Shown here: positions 13,977 through 15,887 of the stretch, piece by piece
How positions within the stretch are numbered: position 1 is the stretch's first letter
How the letters are laid out: every line of letters starts with the position of its first letter
From: Candidatus Altiarchaeota archaeon
GTDB taxonomy: Archaea; Altiarchaeota; Altiarchaeia; IMC4; SCGC-AAA252-I15
Length of the DNA stretch: 15,887 bases
Direction: 5' to 3'
Assembly (NCBI GenBank): GCA_043804895.1
Contig: JAZDIN010000019.1
Location: forward strand, 1 to 15,887
Position numbers and translations under genes: made by a program
Notes under the pieces: generated by a model
The model's database searches: none
The model's input: only the letters and a program-made list of their open reading frames with translations
What the model was told of the DNA's origin: nothing

Positions 13977-15887
13977 CTCTTGTCCACGTCGCATAAGACC
14001 GTCTGCAATCGGGCTCTCTCTACCTTAAGCTCCTGGACCCTCTTCTCCAGAGCGTTTATCTTCAGCTGCTGCTCGTAGTTGACCTTGTAGTTGTAGCTGA
14101 CAAGCTCGTCCAGGCGGACTGATTCGCCGCCTGTTCCAGGGGGTAGTGAGTGAGGGTCTAACTCAACCAGGCCTCGGTCGTTCATGTAGTCTGACATGCC
14201 TGGTTTCTTGGGCTTTAGCTCATAGTTGACTATCTCCTCTAGGACGTCCCTGCCTTCGAAAGCTGATGTTCCAACGATTATGTAGTTATCGAAGGTTGCA
14301 TTGTTCCATTTCAAAGTACTTTTCCCAACGTCCCCCGTCATATGCCATCCTGAGTAGAAGCCTCCTGATCTTGCATCATATGCCCCCATATGAGCAGTGA
14401 TAGTATATTCGGGACCGAATACGAAGGCGATAATACTGTTGTTTGTAGCGGTTCTTATGAGCAAATCCCCAGCGTCGCTGCCTATTGTTCCGCCAGCGGT
14501 GACAGTGAATATGTCAGCCGCTCCGGCGGGATTCATGGGAACGCTCCACCAGAAAGAGCAGTCGGCGAGACGCTTGAGCTCGGGATCGAAGGTGTCCCGC
14601 CCGTTACGGTACATCATCTCGGCCATATCTATGACATTCTTTGCAAAGTGATTTTGAGCGTAACCGTGGCCGTGAACCAGGCCGTCCGCAGTGGCGCCAT
14701 ACCGGCGCAGGCTCCAGTATCCGAAGGGGCTTGCCAGTGAAAAGGCGACAAGCGGGGCGTTGTTCCAGGCCAGCCCGCCGGTGAGCGTGGTGATAACGAT
14801 GGAGGTCTCACGGCAGATCATGTCCATGCGGAAATCGCCCATCTCGGCAAGAGCCGGCAGGAGGAGTCCCCTTTCCAGGCCGCGCGCCTGTTCGGCGTCC
14901 ACCCCGCCTGAAGCCCGGAGGAATTCCAGACTTTCGACCATAGACCGGAAAGGATAGGTTTCCATGTACTTGGCGAATTGGATGCGGCCTTTGTCTATGG
15001 TGTTCGTGGCGGTGTCAAGGTCCATCCAGTCCCAGGTGAAATATTTCGCTTTGTACTGCTCCATGATACTGAGAGCGGCCCTGGCAAACCGGGCGTCCCC
15101 GGTCAGTACATAGGCCAGCGCGAGCGGGCGGGCGCCCCGCGCGAGGGCTTCATGACGGGATGTGGCGTAATCGCGGTCCAGACTCACTCCCGCAAAGTCC
15201 TTGGTACGATATTCCTTCCCCACGGGGCAGAAATGTTTGCCCGGCCCCTGGTATTGCAGGCCGCAGCGGTGTTCCTCGCAGTAATAATAAGCGGCGGCCC
15301 AGCCCGGACCATCGGGAATGGTCAGATTGCCCGCCAAAAGCCCCTTTGCCTGGGTGATGATTGAATCGCCTTCCTTCTTTCCCCAATCGGTAGAGGCATA
15401 TCTCTGACGGATGAGCGGGACGATGTTCTGACCGAAGACGGCATCAGCGCCCCTCTCCTTTGGCATGATGATAAGCGGCAGGGGGATGCGCTTGCATGAG
15501 CGGAGAATGCCTTCGTCGGAATCCACCGCGCCTTTGACTGCGAACACCGGCTGATACCACTCGCAGGAGAAAACCGGCAGGGTTGAGGCCACGCTTTTCG
15601 GGAGCCGCAGGGTCGCAGTGAAACGCGCGGAATCGCCAGGACCCACCACCGCTTCGAGCGGCGTGATAAGAGCTGAGCCGTACCGTCCCTCCGTCCGCTC
15701 CATACGGGCGGAGATGCTGCGGGCAACCGTGCCGCGGTTACGCACTACGAGAGGATATTCATACACGAGATCGCCCGAAGCATCAGAGACTACGCGAAAA
15801 TCCGTGCCGTTCCAGAAAACATTAAGATAACGCTTCACCAGCCGGACATTGCGGATGGATATTTTTCGGCGCTTCTCCAAATCCGGG
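13958..15887 (-). CDS. Apparently chimeric ORF, 5' end outside the window: alginate-lyase/heparinase II/III-like N-terminal part fused to a tail-fibre chaperone (S74/ICA)-like coiled-coil C-terminus
   Basis: No in-frame stop before the window edge. N-terminal part has GWAAYYYC...HFCP, LALAYVLTGDARFARAA and KGRI, with CGN Arg codons and higher GC. After about 14500: TSAFEGRDVLEEI..ELDPHSLP..EQQLKINALEKRVQELK..LCDVDKSYSWC, with host-like codons. Confidence 0.55.
   Translation of the reverse strand, partial: PDLEKRRKISIRNVRLVKRYLNVFWNGTDFRVVSDASGDLVYEYPLVVRNRGTVARSISARMERTEGRYGSALITPLEAVVGPGDSARFTATLRLPKSVASTLPVFSCEWYQPVFAVKGAVDSDEGILRSCKRIPLPLIIMPKERGADAVFGQNIVPLIRQRYASTDWGKKEGDSIITQAKGLLAGNLTIPDGPGWAAAYYYCEEHRCGLQYQGPGKHFCPVGKEYRTKDFAGVSLDRDYATSRHEALARGARPLALAYVLTGDARFARAALSIMEQYKAKYFTWDWMDLDTATNTIDKGRIQFAKYMETYPFRSMVESLEFLRASGGVDAEQARGLERGLLLPALAEMGDFRMDMICRETSIVITTLTGGLAWNNAPLVAFSLASPFGYWSLRRYGATADGLVHGHGYAQNHFAKNVIDMAEMMYRNGRDTFDPELKRLADCSFWWSVPMNPAGAADIFTVTAGGTIGSDAGDLLIRTATNNSIIAFVFGPEYTITAHMGAYDARSGGFYSGWHMTGDVGKSTLKWNNATFDNYIIVGTSAFEGRDVLEEIVNYELKPKKPGMSDYMNDRGLVELDPHSLPPGTGGESVRLDELVSYNYKVNYEQQLKINALEKRVQELKVERARLQTVLCDVDKSYSWCH

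Noticed and set aside
499-15830. Remaining short alternative-frame and antisense ORFs in the track
   Set aside because: They lie within or opposite well-supported genes and show no motifs or translation signals.

Overview
Gene-dense archaeal chromosomal segment, judged from archaeal Taw3, FEN1 with a PIP box, Orc1/Cdc6, TATA boxes, many apparently leaderless genes and AGG/ATA-rich codons. The HPS-RraA fusion and Thr-rich lipoprotein are compatible with Altiarchaeota or a similar uncultured lineage (inference only). Gene order: taw3 (partial, missing from the ORF track), membrane-anchored EF-hand-like protein, fen, small membrane protein, HPS-RraA fusion, DUF401 protein, degenerate RibD-C/ArfC-like protein, Thr-rich lipoprotein, wHTH-MNT/HEPN pair 1, DUF4139 lipoprotein, cdc6 translationally coupled behind wHTH-MNT/HEPN pair 2, an unannotated 39-aa ORF, a membrane-fused spermidine-synthase-like gene, and a final ORF that looks chimeric. 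Main highlights: (1) the 39-aa ORF has a 3' UTR complementary (13/14) to its own Shine-Dalgarno region plus a competing 5' hairpin, resembling type I toxin mRNAs; (2) a 102-nt in-frame IS200/IS605-like mini-element in the spermidine-synthase-like gene, whose circular form would fold into a rod; (3) an MNT-HEPN-cdc6 operon with tandem operators; (4) a compositional and domain junction near 14500. All calls are by eye; no database search was run.
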